Source of the DNA: Podarcis bocagei
Lineage: Eukaryota
Assembly: GCA_964188305.1 (NCBI GenBank)
Contig: OZ076893.1
Direction: 5' to 3' (one strand)
Length of the DNA: 64,000 bases
Every line of letters starts with the position of its first letter. Position 1 is the first letter of the stretch. Made by a program: the position numbers and the translations under genes. Below are positions 13,906 through 26,809 of this stretch, in pieces. The notes below the pieces were generated by a model. The model was given only the letters and a program-made list of their open reading frames with translations. It had not been told where the DNA came from and did no database searches.

Positions 13906-15745
13906 TACATTTTTATCACAGGACTTAAATGACAGAAATAAAGGAATTCTTTATAAAAGCAAGCTCAACAGCCAGAACTCTACAGCATCTGACAAAGTAG
14001 CCTTGGCTTCAAAGAAAGTTTGTTCCAGATGCTCAAAAAGGAAGTGTCTGAACAGCATTAATAGAGTATTCCATTTCCTCTCATTAACTCCCAGCTTCCG
14101 GTAGTCCAAGGTCTGGGCCCCCTGCTCCATATGAAGTTGACTAATAGCCATTGATAAGGTCTTATCTTCCATGAATGTGTTTAGTCATTTTCTGAAGCCC
14201 ATTAAACTATTTACCCATAACATTCTTATGTGTTTAAGCTTGTCTATTAAATTATTCTTGTAGATAATTAAGCCTCTTTTCTGTGGATGTGTAAACACTG
14301 GCAGTGTACATGTAGGAATGGATTGCCTTTCTGCAAGTATTGTCCATGGGATTATTCACATGTTCAAATACCATTAAGGTATTTGAAACCTATCCAAGGC
14401 CATAATGTATATCAGTTAAAGAGAAGCTAAAACACGATACGCAGCTTGGTCATACTGCCAGGCTTTCAATAACTCCATTTGCCTGAATGTTACAACTCCT
14501 AAACTCAACTGCATGCAGCAAAAGTCCTGGATTATATGAGCAAGTCATTGGTTGGAGGAAGCCTATGCTAACAAGAGAATTAACATATAAAAGAGGAAAA
14601 CCCGACTACGGGTTTTAAGGTTGTAGAATGTGCTGCCCAAACAGATACTGAGTCGAAATTTACTTTGTCATAACAAGAAGAACGCAAAGACAATCTTAGC
14701 ATGGAAATAAATACATACCTATATTTGTAATTTAGTGCTAGGTGCATGAAATGGAAGAAGCCAAAGTGAAACCTCAGGTTTACATGTCCTCTCCCCTCAA
14801 CTCTCTTCTGCAATTGTGGCAGGGAGAGGTCTTTGCCAAATTTTACTTTGTTACCCCTAATCTCGGCTGTTGGAGCATGAAAACCGGGCAGGTTCATAAT
14901 CTATGGTTTGAAGCCGGCTTGTTTTAAAACTGACTCAACTGCTATCTTTCACAACCTGGAATTCTGTGAAACTTGAAGTAAACACTAGTGAAATCCTTCT
15001 CCTGGCTACGTGGAAAGAAGGGAGCAGATGCACATGAGTTCTAGGCTCTGCACTGGCTTATTGAATCTTGTGAGTGTAGCACTAGACCATGGTTTAGCAT
15101 AACATGTGCATGAGGCCTTTGACCTCCATAATGGAATTGTTTCTCTGCAGGACCTGTTACACAACCAAGATTCAAAGGTGATTCTCCCAAGATTGTTGCC
15201 TTAAACAGGCACCGCTATCTACAAAAAGATGATGCTCCAAGGTGCTTCTGCTATGCCCCACTGCTGATTATCTGTGCCAATTCCCAGGTTATTGGTGCTG
15301 CTAGTGGTGTATAAACTAACAGTAACTTCTACTTCTGGTTAAATAGATCTAGGCACCGTCAAGTCTGTCAAGTTTGCTTAAGTAGGGCAGAAGCTGCATG
15401 TGCCCATACAGCCTTCACCAACCTGATGCCCCCTAGATGCTCCAGGCCACAACTCCTATCAGTCCCAGCTAGTACAGGTAAGTCAGCTGGAGCAAACGGG
15501 AGTCAAAACCCACCAGGTCACTGTGTTTCTTTAAAGACATGTGATCTGCACTCTATAAATGTATACAGATGTAGCAGTGCTTACAATATAAAGGAGGGCT
15601 GATTCATGAGCTGTTGGTTTTACTGGGAGTTGGTAGTTCACACTCAAACCAATTTCAACCTCCGATTCTCCCTTTAAACCTATACATAGGTTTGAAATGC
15701 ATGCAGTGATTGTTACTCCAAGATACATTACTGTATAAGTGATTA

Positions 15746-15991
15746 CAGTGGTACCTCGGGTTACAGATGCTTCAGGTTACAGACGCTTCAGGTTACAGAC
15801 TCCGCTTACCCAGAAATAGTGTTTCAGGTTAAGAACTTTGCTTCAGGACGAGAACAGAAATCGAGCGGTGGTGGCGCGGCGGCAGCAGCGGGAGGCCCCA
15901 TTAGCTAAAGTGGTGTCTCAGGTTAAGAACAGTTTCAGGTTAAGAACGGACCTCTGGAACTAATTAAGTTCTTAACCTGTACATACCACTG
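15746..15991 (+). mobile_element. Tc1/mariner-superfamily (pogo/Tigger-like) MITE
   Basis: TA|CAGTGGTACCTC...taccactg|TA; repeated internal motif caggtta(a/c). Confidence 0.92.
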
Positions 15992-17728
15992 TACATAGAA
16001 CCATTTGGGTAAACACAACTAAATTGTCACATGGTTCATTTCCTTCCGTCTGCTGTCTAACTTCAGACTGTGAACTCCTCGGCACAGGGACCAATCTTTT
16101 TTGCTCACTGTGCCCTGTACAGAGATGGCATAATATAAACAAAGAATGCCGAGATGATCCCATATAGTACAGGTGGTGAAGAAAATGTGCAGATGAATTC
16201 TGGATTCATCTGGAAAAGCAGCTACACAATCAACATTCACAGAGATGTGTAGATGCACATTCCAAAGTCCAAATGTAATGCTGGAACCAGTCCTTTGCAC
16301 GGATAACTTCTAGTCATTAGAAACCTTGTTCTTATTTTTATGATTATTCCAGTTAGTCAGGAATCTGAAGCTACTTTAGCAAAGGGGAGTCGGTCACATC
16401 GGTGCAGAGCAAGCTTCAGGAGACTAACCCCTATTCATCCCTTGCGAGTAGGCTGGAACAAATTTCTTCCTGCTTAAAAATATTGAGAAAAGCCTAAAAA
16501 CTCATCTTTCACTCTTTTCTTTTCAAGCAAGAAAAGGAAGGAAGGGCAAACAGGAAAAAAGCAAGAGGGCTTGCCAGGGTGATGCAGTATATCATGCTAG
16601 TTTGCTGAAGACCGAAGATCAGAGCTAGTTTTTAAGTTGGAAACCTTAGGGATGACAGAAGAAAGGGAGTAAAAGCAATCATGGTTCAGAAATAATGCAC
16701 TGCAGTCTTGGGGAAGAGTATCAGGTCACTGCCAATTAAAAGAGGCCAGGCAAGGTTAGTTAGGAAGGCAATATGGACTCAACACATTTAAGGATGAGAT
16801 AATGCAGCCCAACCTGGTGACTTCCAGATGTTTCAAACTACAACTCCCATCTGCCCCAGACAACATGGTTGGGTCCAATGGAAGTACAACTGGGGGGCAT
16901 TAGGTTGGAGAATGCTGCTATAAGGGAACAATAGTAACTAACATAGCAAGTTAAATAGTTTTTAGAAGATGCAGAAGCATACATAAAAATAAACCCCAAG
17001 ATTAACAAGACCATTTAATAGAAGGTTCCTGTTAATTCTGGGTGAAAGATACAGGATTTCCTACCAGTCACACAAGTTTTAAAAAGTATCCCATATCTTT
17101 AAGTGCATTCTCTTTTTTTTCTATTCGACAATAGAAAGTGGAAAGTGCAGATACAATTTGCCTGAAAGGCACCAGATGGGAGGGACAATTCTTTCTCAAA
17201 TAAAATCCAGGTGCAACTGTTTTTATAGACACTTGTAAGCATCTGAAGTGTGGCCTACCTTCTTCAAGTGCATTAAACACACAGAAGAGTGCACAAACTA
17301 TGGAATGCTTCCTCTGCTGAAGAGGCAGCTAGAGCAGCTTTGTTAATGGACTGGGTGCGCCTTCCAGAAATTTAAAGTAGTAACGGTTCACAACAGCTCA
17401 TGAGAAGTCCGTTTAATGATTGTATTCACTCCATTTCAAGAATGTTATTACATCTCGAGTATTCCGGCCTCTGACAAAAAGGAATAATTCAGAACCTGCA
17501 AATAATAATGCTTGCTTGTAGACCATTGGCATCAATTAATGTCCATATTTGTTCAAAGCAGAACAGCAACACGGGATTAAGAGTGTCTTAAGATATACAA
17601 ATGCTGTACATTAAGTTTTTAAACAAATATCTGGAAGGAACAAGAACAGTGGATGTGAATTTCAGTAATGATGCGGGTTGGGTAACATAAGGTTTTTCCT
17701 CCTGGGCTTTCCACCACCCCAAAATATT

Positions 17729-18180
17729 CATAGAATTATAGAGTTGGAAGGAACATCTAGTCCAACCCCTGCAATGCTATCATATCGTCTCTCCGTGTCC
17801 TCTTTTCTAGGCTAAACATGCCCAGCTCCTTCAAGTGGTCATCATAAGGCTTGGCTTCCAGATCCTTGATCATCTTGATCACCCTCCTCTGCACATGTTC
17901 CAGCTTCTCAATGCACTTCTTAAATTGTGCTGCCCAGAACAGGACTCAGGACTCCAGGTATGGTCCAACAAAGGCAGAATAGAGAGGTACTATGACTTTC
18001 CTTGATCTGGACACTGTATTTCTGATGATGCAGCCTAGAATAGCTGCTGCATCAAACTGTTGACTCAAGCTTGTGGTCCACTAAGATCCCTAGACCCTTT
18101 TCACATGTGCTACTGGCAAGCCAAGTGTCCCTCATCTTATATTTGTGCAGCTGGTTCTTTCTGCCTAAGTGCAGAACCTG
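17729..18180 (-). mobile_element. CR1 LINE 3' fragment (degenerate ORF2 C-terminus plus tail)
   Basis: Minus strand reads ...[80 protein letters not shown], typical of CR1 ORF2; joined to a CR1 tail at 17729-17780. Confidence 0.92.
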
Positions 18181-18790
18181 ACGAAATACTAAGCGCAGAA
18201 CATTATATTGTCCTTATTTATTTCTCCATTTTCCATTCTCCCTAGAATGGCTGACCTATTGGGTAACAGCTAAATGACAGTAGTTACAACAGAAAAAAGT
18301 CACAGTACAACATGCACCCAATAGTTTACATACATCATTTGCAGTGCCTGCATGAATTATCAAACATAGAAGCTTTTCCCTGCTTTCCTTTCCCCTTTCC
18401 TGCCCTGTTATTTCTCTGTGCCAGCACAGAAGGCAGGACATCTAGGATCCCTGCCAGTGTCTGTAGTACATGTGTGATCTCTGAATATCTGTGTAATGCT
18501 GGTGCAAAGGACCGTGCCATAGCCAGAAATGCCTTAAGGGTTCCCTGTGCTAGATTTAAACAAAGCAGAGAGCCTGGCTGGCTATTTGGCCTAATGAATT
18601 CTATCACTTCCATCTTCAAAATATTTTTTTTCCCAGCGGTGACAGATACCAGGCAAAAGCAACAAAAAAGCCTTTTGGAATGAACTATGGGTCCTCCCAG
18701 CTCATAACTTGTTGTCTTAATTATTTTTAATTGTTATAAAACATCCACTTTGGCCAGTATCCAATGGGTAGTCATGTTATGTGCAACAAT

Positions 18791-18917
18791 GAAAACAAGA
18801 GACTTGTGTCATCTTAAAGACTAACAGATTTATTGCAGCATGTGCTCTAGATCACAAAAGCTGATGCCACAATAAATCTGTTAGTCTTTAAGGTGCCACA
18901 AGGCTCCTTTGATTTTG
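18791..18917. mobile_element. Inverted-duplicated (hairpin) Penelope-like terminus with central deletion
   Basis: Arms cttgtgtcatcttaaagactaacagatttattg / caataaatctgttagtctttaaggtgccacaag are near-perfect reverse complements. Shares gtctttaaggtgc with the 52547 element. Confidence 0.75.
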
Positions 18918-20186
18918 TCAAGGTTTTTTTTTTTTACTTCTTGCCAATATTCGAGGGTGGGGAGGGATCTGCACACTTTTAATAAAGGGCTGTGTTATTT
19001 TTAGAAGCCAGACAGAAGTAGGAGCACATATGTCAATCCCACCTGCAACAGTAGTTTGGGGTTTTAAAATACTGTCTGTGGTGTGACCTACTGAATTGAA
19101 CGCCAGTTGACTTTTATATATCTCCTTCCCCACCCTTTAAATTACTAAGTTAAAATCATCGTCTAGAGAGAGGGGGAGCTCTGTCCACGAGGCCACACCT
19201 AAAGTAGAAAAGCCAATACTTCTCTTTCCCCCTGCTTCCCTCCCCTTCTCATTTCATGAGCAGCCAACAGCTGGAACTGTTTTACACTAGACGGCTGAGT
19301 TCTGTGAGAATGTTCTCCTTGTCTTTGTCTGTAAGACTGAAAGAAGCTGGGCTCAAAGGTACTGCTCCGTCCCTAGAGAACTCTGGGTAAACATGAGCCT
19401 AGGCTTCCAGCTCTCTCCCGATAGGGTCAGGTGACACAGTATCAAAAGGCAGCCAAAGAAAGATCTCGAAAAACGTTCGCCTTAGTAAGAGGGGTGTGCT
19501 TGTGATAAAGAGCACACACGGATTTCACATTTTCCTACTACAACGGGTAGCTCCGTTAAAAAGCGCAACAGTTAAAAGCTTGCCGTTATGGATGTCATAT
19601 AAAACACACATGCTCTCTCAGTAATATCCCATAAGCTATTTGGGCTGAGGCGATTTATCAACAACATAGCGATCAGATTTATTAAAGTTCAGGTGTGGCA
19701 CCACGACACAAAGTTCATCAGCGTAAGGGAAAACATTTGGTCATAAAGCCACCAATATATTGCAGAATCAAAGTAGATATGGATGAAAGAGGAGGTGAGA
19801 ATGATATCTACAGCAGATAATGGAAAATGATGGGTAAAAAACAAACCAAAAAACCCTACCCAGGTCCTTAATGGAGTGGGGGAGAGGGGGAAGGGTCTGT
19901 CCTAAAACCTAGGGCAGATGTAAAATCTGAACATAGAAAATTAAATGTATGCCGTGAAGGAATACAGGAGTACAGGCCCTGCAAATAAGAACAATATAAA
20001 TATATACTTTGCAGACAGACAGGGGAAAATACACATAAATAGAGAGGCGCACAAACACACAGGCATCAACCAACTGACTATTTCAACAGCCACATCTAAA
20101 ATTTCATTAAAAAGAACCCAGCTGCTTCTTTACTCTGACTTTGTCTTTAAGGACTTAGCTAAGCCGAAGGAGTGGCCAGAAAAAGG

Positions 20187-20726
20187 NNNNNNNNNNNNNN
20201 NNNNNNNNNNNNNNNNNNNNNNNNNNNNNNNNNNNNNNNNNNNNNNNNNNNNNNNNNNNNNNNNNNNNNNNNNNNNNNNNNNNNNNNNNNNNNNNNNNNN
20301 NNNNNNNNNNNNNNNNNNNNNNNNNNNNNNNNNNNNNNNNNNNNNNNNNNNNNNNNNNNNNNNNNNNNNNNNNNNNNNNNNNNNNNNNNNNNNNNNNNNN
20401 NNNNNNNNNNNNNNNNNNNNNNNNNNNNNNNNNNNNNNNNNNNNNNNNNNNNNNNNNNNNNNNNNNNNNNNNNNNNNNNNNNNNNNNNNNNNNNNNNNNN
20501 NNNNNNNNNNNNNNNNNNNNNNNNNNNNNNNNNNNNNNNNNNNNNNNNNNNNNNNNNNNNNNNNNNNNNNNNNNNNNNNNNNNNNNNNNNNNNNNNNNNN
20601 NNNNNNNNNNNNNNNNNNNNNNNNNNNNNNNNNNNNNNNNNNNNNNNNNNNNNNNNNNNNNNNNNNNNNNNNNNNNNNNNNNNNNNNNNNNNNNNNNNNN
20701 NNNNNNNNNNNNNNNNNNNNNNNNNN
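20187..20726. other. Assembly gap (others at 20955-21294, 23778-24068, 26365-26673, 57723-57859, 58121-58260)
   Basis: Runs of N. Confidence 0.99.
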
Positions 20727-20773
20727 TAGCAAGAGACAAATAAAAAGCTAAAAACTGAAGATATTACATACAG

Positions 20774-20781
<8 letters not shown>

Positions 20782-20838
<57 letters not shown>
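20782..20838. repeat. (AG)n microsatellite between two assembly gaps
   Basis: Direct inspection. Confidence 0.97.
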
Positions 20839-20843
<5 letters not shown>

Positions 20844-22265
20844 GCAGACTTATCTCCAAATATCAAAAAGGTCAAAAAATAAATTAAGGGGAAAGAACGA
20901 GGCCTGGGCTGGAAATTGCCTCCATGTATCAGGTCTGCCACCCTTTTCCTATCCNNNNNNNNNNNNNNNNNNNNNNNNNNNNNNNNNNNNNNNNNNNNNN
21001 NNNNNNNNNNNNNNNNNNNNNNNNNNNNNNNNNNNNNNNNNNNNNNNNNNNNNNNNNNNNNNNNNNNNNNNNNNNNNNNNNNNNNNNNNNNNNNNNNNNN
21101 NNNNNNNNNNNNNNNNNNNNNNNNNNNNNNNNNNNNNNNNNNNNNNNNNNNNNNNNNNNNNNNNNNNNNNNNNNNNNNNNNNNNNNNNNNNNNNNNNNNN
21201 NNNNNNNNNNNNNNNNNNNNNNNNNNNNNNNNNNNNNNNNNNNNNNNNNNNNNNNNNNNNNNNNNNNNNNNNNNNNNNNNNNNNNNNNNNNNNNAGGGGG
21301 AAAAGAGTGGAATGAAGTGAAGGGAGGAAAGGAAAAACATTTCCAGCAGAAGAGCTTGAGTGGTGCTTCTCTGAAAAACTGATGGGGCTCAAGAAGCTCT
21401 CCCCGACAAGTACAACCCAAATGGATAATTATTAAATGAACATAAAACTATATTCTCAGCAAAGTGCTGAAGAACAGATAGCGCCGGCTTACGCCAAGTG
21501 ACAGGATTTTCGCATCAGGCTACATCTATATCTTCCAGCACTTCCGCTGTGAACAAAAGGGCCACTGCCTGCTACCATCAATTTCCAAAATTTCTTTAAC
21601 ATTAAACAGCTTTTCAACCTTTTGTGCCCTGAAATCTCCAAAGGAAGAAAATTCAAGGAAAGGTCACACATCAGCCACACCTTTCTGGCTCTTGTAGCTG
21701 CATTTCCTGCACAAGTGGAAATCTCCTTTGACATTATTTTGCTCTCTTTGGCTCAGTATTTCTCTCCCCGCACCCCACAACAGAAATGCTGTGATCCATT
21801 AGAAAATTATACTATCCAGCTTTTGTTTGGAACAACAAAGAAACTTGGAAATCAGAATAAAAAGAGCTGCAGTGTGACCCTATTAATCCATCGCCCCCAA
21901 ATCAAAGGGCAAAGATAAATACTTGTATTATTTTATCTCCAACATCCTGGGGAACAAACAACGTAGCTTATGAGATTTTGGTTTAATTAAATGCAAATTA
22001 CACTCTGTTACTGTCCTTCTGGAGGCTATCAGGGAATTAAGGGAGGACTCATGCCTATGGGGTGTAAAGAGGTCTTGTGTTAGTTCCATCTCTCTGAGTG
22101 GGCCAAGGCCTGGCCTGTACCTGTTAAGAGATCACTTGGGACCACTGGCATGAAGGATTCAAGTATAAACATTAAATAAAATAGGAAGATCAATGTTTTT
22201 ATCTGCCTCTCTTACCCACTCACCCTATCTGTGCCAGCATACCTGCCTGCAATGTCTATGTATCA

Positions 22266-22490
22266 TCTCGGTAGTGGCGCCCGCCCTGTGGAATGCCCTC
22301 CCATCAGATGTCAAAGAGAACAACAACTACCAAACTTTTAGAAGACATCTGAAGGCAGCCCTTTTCAGGGAAGCTTTTAATGTTTGATGCATTACTGTAT
22401 TTTAATATTTGGTTGGAAGCCGCCCAGAGTGGCTGGGGAAGCCCAGCCAGATTGGCGGAGTATAAATAAATCATCATCATCATCATCATC
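22266..22490 (+). mobile_element. L2 LINE 3' end
   Basis: Encodes SVVAPALWNALPSDVKENNNYQTFRRHLKAALFREAFNV* (L2 ORF2 C-terminal WN-LP motif), then a 3' UTR stem-loop, tataaataaa and a (CAT)n tail. Confidence 0.9.
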
Positions 22491-24499
22491 CCTGTACAGT
22501 ACCAACTCCTGCTAGCCTGCTTTTGTGGAGAAACACAGGTATGGTATTGGCACACTCCATCCTAAGGACTTCTTTGATAGCATGAGACCTCAGATCAGCT
22601 TCATATGTTGCAATTCATGAAATGTTCCCAAAAGCTGCTGGCACAAACAAAATCATACCATAGAAGGACTTTTGACATTGCAGGTGGAGTCAGGAATCAA
22701 GAAGGAAGTTTGTCACAGCCAAGTCCAACCTGCAGGCGGACACAAACTTTCCATATTTCAATTTTAATCGTGAGAATGACTCACAGTGACACTCCAGTTA
22801 AACAGAAATAATAATACGGGGTGCAACCATTAAATCTTCCCCTTAAACAAGACATAACAACATTTATATAAATAAACCAGCAGTAACTCAAAATGCTCTG
22901 CTTGCCTTACACTGACGAACAGAACAAAAGCTCCAATAAAATACAATCGAAGACAAAGTCCTGGCTGAAATGACTTGACATCTTTCTCTTTCTCTCTTTT
23001 GCTCACACATATGCATGCACACAGTCTTCTAAAATAGCAAAAAATAATAGGAGTGGTGATTTTTAATTTATTGTGCTATTCTTGCAAAAGCTCCCATTGT
23101 AAATGCCAGTAGTGATATGCACTGGTCCCATAAAATGAATGGGGAGCTAACCTTGCAGTGGGGGATAGGTGCACTTGGTTTCCTTCGCGCGTGTATGTTT
23201 GGGTGGGGGCACTGTGAGTGTTCATATGTGTTTCCTTAGTTTTTAAATAGAGAGAGCTCTGCACTCTAGATTTGAAGAGAGGAGGGTTCAACCTTCATAA
23301 CTCATTTTCAAAAAATAGTATAATGGCCGACAAAGTGGAAGAACATGCTGTGTGGCCCAGAGAGAGGCCTTGCAGGCATTTGCCACTTTTTAAACAAAGG
23401 CATCATTAGCACTCCCAGGATAAAAATGTGAAAACAAAAGGCCACAGTGTGGTTTGTCACTAGTGATGTCACGGGCATTGTCCAATAGATGCCTCTGACA
23501 CTCATGTGGCCACGTTCCACACAGCACCCTATCCCAATATATGATATAACTGGAGGTCCTTAACAAAATACTGTTGGCAACATAAAATGTGCCACAGAAA
23601 TGCTATTAGAGGAAAGTTCCCCGGGGCCCTTGCAACAACTAAGTAACACCCAAGCATTTGTTGCATTAGAAACTTGGTGCAGCTGCAATGTGGAAGGGGA
23701 TGGGGTAAGGGGAGATACCATCCTAATTTCTCTCCACGTGTTGCACAGAGTGCCAAAAGCACACACACTGTACTCTTNNNNNNNNNNNNNNNNNNNNNNN
23801 NNNNNNNNNNNNNNNNNNNNNNNNNNNNNNNNNNNNNNNNNNNNNNNNNNNNNNNNNNNNNNNNNNNNNNNNNNNNNNNNNNNNNNNNNNNNNNNNNNNN
23901 NNNNNNNNNNNNNNNNNNNNNNNNNNNNNNNNNNNNNNNNNNNNNNNNNNNNNNNNNNNNNNNNNNNNNNNNNNNNNNNNNNNNNNNNNNNNNNNNNNNN
24001 NNNNNNNNNNNNNNNNNNNNNNNNNNNNNNNNNNNNNNNNNNNNNNNNNNNNNNNNNNNNNNNNNNNNAAAAATTACAGCAGAAAGGTCAACAACCTTTT
24101 ATTATTATTATTGTGATCTTATTCTACTCTAATGACAGACACATGACCACTGAGGCTGATTTTAACTAATATTCCTTCGAAACACTTTTAAAAAAACCCA
24201 CCTGAATATAGACCTTCTCATTTTCTTTGTAAACTTCTACAAAAATTTGGGAAACTAAGAAGCAAGATTTTCCCTACTGTGTGCATCTGAAGTACTCAGA
24301 GGGTTGATTCATGCATCCATGTATCACTATTCAGTGCTGCATCACTTTATAGTGTAAGGTTGAATGTACAGAACTATGTCTGAGTTGAAATGGGAGAATG
24401 TGATTGGGACACCACTTGTGGATTTTCCATAGGCACCTTGTTGGCCAATGTAGGAACAGAAGGGTAGATTAGTCGGGATTATGGTTTGATCCAGCAGGA

Positions 24500-24517
24500 C
24501 TGACACTGACACTGACA

Positions 24518-24564
<47 letters not shown>
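24500..24564. repeat. Compound (CTGACA)n + (CT)n microsatellite
   Basis: Direct inspection. Confidence 0.95.
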
Positions 24565-24566
<2 letters not shown>

Positions 24567-25683
24567 CTTATGCCCATCTCTGTAGCCTTACATATGCAAG
24601 TCAGTGCTGGACAACACCAACACTGAAGGATGAGCATACAGGTGTGAGTACACCAAAAGTATGAAAGGTCCGTGCAAGTGCCTCAGTTTTTTAAATTCAG
24701 CCCTCCCCTTTCTAAATATATACCTTTCGGGAGTTTCAAACGTAGAACCCCATGAAAAACCCCTGGTACAAAAGTTTTTTTCGTTTTTAAAAAAGGCACC
24801 CCGTACATGCTTGAAACCATTTGGATTACCATAAAAGATCAAGACCCTTTCTGATCTTTGTTTTTAAAGTGCCCCTAGATTTTGTTGTTGATATATTCCA
24901 GGGGTAGCCAAAGTAATGGCCTCCAAACCACCACTTTGGAGTGGTGTTAATTGAACTACAGCATCATCCCTGACTATTGGCTATCCTTGCTTGGGCTGAT
25001 GGAAACTGTAGTCCACAAGACCTAGAGGGTCCCATACATTCCAATACACTCTAAAATATAAAGGTGGTGAGTGACTGGATATTCACAGAGGAGCAATTCC
25101 TCCTGTTCATCTACTGCTGCAAGAGCAATGGGATTGCTGGCTCTGGACATGTCTCTGAATGAATCCCCACATACCTGGCACTATTTGTACCTTTCCCTTA
25201 GAGAATGGGGGCCAAGGGGCCAGTAAGAATACAACAATGGGGGCAGCAATAAGGGAATGTTAGGAAATGCAAGAAATCTTTGCTGAGAATGCCGAGATGC
25301 ACCATGTAAAAAACCACACATCTGAGGAAACTTACTTAATCTTTCCTGATGACGGCCAAACTCTTCAATGAACACATTTGCACCTACCCACAAGGGGACC
25401 CACAAATCTGGATCACATGGCAAACAGAGGCAATGCAAAGAGCAGTGTTTGCGCACAGAGGTCCACTGGAATAGATGGGAGCAGGATGGCTGCTGTATTT
25501 GGCAACTAGGCCAAATATTCCCTTGCTGCACAGGTGCATCCTTGATATGAAGATATACACTATATTAAGGTATTGTAAATACTGCATCCAATGTCACAGG
25601 ATGTTGCAGCCTACACCATTTTGTTGCCGACTTTGCTCTTTTTTCAGCCACGTGCACATGCGTGCCTACCCTACACGTGCGCA

Positions 25684-25852
25684 CAGTGGTGTAGCGTGGG
25701 GGGTGCAGGGGGGGCCGGCCGCACCGGGTGCAACATCTGGGGGTTAGGGTTAGGGGGCGCAAATCTACGGGTTAGGGGGCGCAAATCCACGGGTTAGGGG
25801 GCGCAAATTACTTGCATTGCCCCGGGTGCTGACAACCCATGCTACGCCACTG
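25684..25852. mobile_element. hAT MITE with internal 22-bp TTAGGG-containing tandem repeat
   Basis: TIR cagtggtgtagcgtggg / cccatgctacgccactg; 8-bp TSD cgtgcgca/cgtgcgcg (7 of 8 match). Confidence 0.88.
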
Positions 25853-26755
25853 CGTGCGCGAAATGACACAGTCTGGCAAAAGCACGTGCACACAGCACAC
25901 ACAAAAGCAACATAAACAACCTCATCTTAATGAGATTGCCTTGCATTTCTAGAAATTTCATGGGTAGGCATACATATGGGGATTTCCCACAAACTGTTCA
26001 GGGAGAGCAAGCATGGATGCTGCAGTTCAATTAACAAGCTAATGTGATGCCCTTCGATGTGAACAATACTGAGACTATTGCTCAACCTCTGAAGAGGAGG
26101 GGGAGAGAGAGAAAGGAATGACATTACATACAGTGTGCCATTCCAGAATATGAACCTCCATTTTATGTGCTTTCCCCTACAAACTTAGGTACGTGACAAG
26201 GTAAGCTTCCCCTCAAGCTCACCCTCTCACCCCCTAAGCTGCTTTGGTTTTAGCTTCCTCCTTAAATTTTGTTTTCCAGATCCGTTGATAGTGTGTTCTC
26301 TCTCTCTCTCTCTTTTCCATCTACTGCATTCATCATTATTCAGCTGCATTATAGCACTTAAAAANNNNNNNNNNNNNNNNNNNNNNNNNNNNNNNNNNNN
26401 NNNNNNNNNNNNNNNNNNNNNNNNNNNNNNNNNNNNNNNNNNNNNNNNNNNNNNNNNNNNNNNNNNNNNNNNNNNNNNNNNNNNNNNNNNNNNNNNNNNN
26501 NNNNNNNNNNNNNNNNNNNNNNNNNNNNNNNNNNNNNNNNNNNNNNNNNNNNNNNNNNNNNNNNNNNNNNNNNNNNNNNNNNNNNNNNNNNNNNNNNNNN
26601 NNNNNNNNNNNNNNNNNNNNNNNNNNNNNNNNNNNNNNNNNNNNNNNNNNNNNNNNNNNNNNNNNNNNNNNNNAGCCTTCTCTGAACACTTTGGGCATAA
26701 TGCAGTCTTCAAACATCCACAGAAACACACACACACAAACCAAATAACTATTTTT

Positions 26756-26760
<5 letters not shown>

Positions 26761-26806
<46 letters not shown>
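26761..26806. repeat. (AC)n microsatellite
   Basis: Direct inspection. Confidence 0.98.

Positions 26807-26809
<3 letters not shown>

Noticed and set aside
19945-21420. Long ORFs up to 393 aa (and others spanning N runs)
   Set aside because: Artefacts of translating through assembly gaps and microsatellites.
25741-25810. Interstitial telomere or chromosome fusion relic
   Set aside because: Only two consecutive TTAGGG units, enclosed in a TIR/TSD-bounded hAT element.
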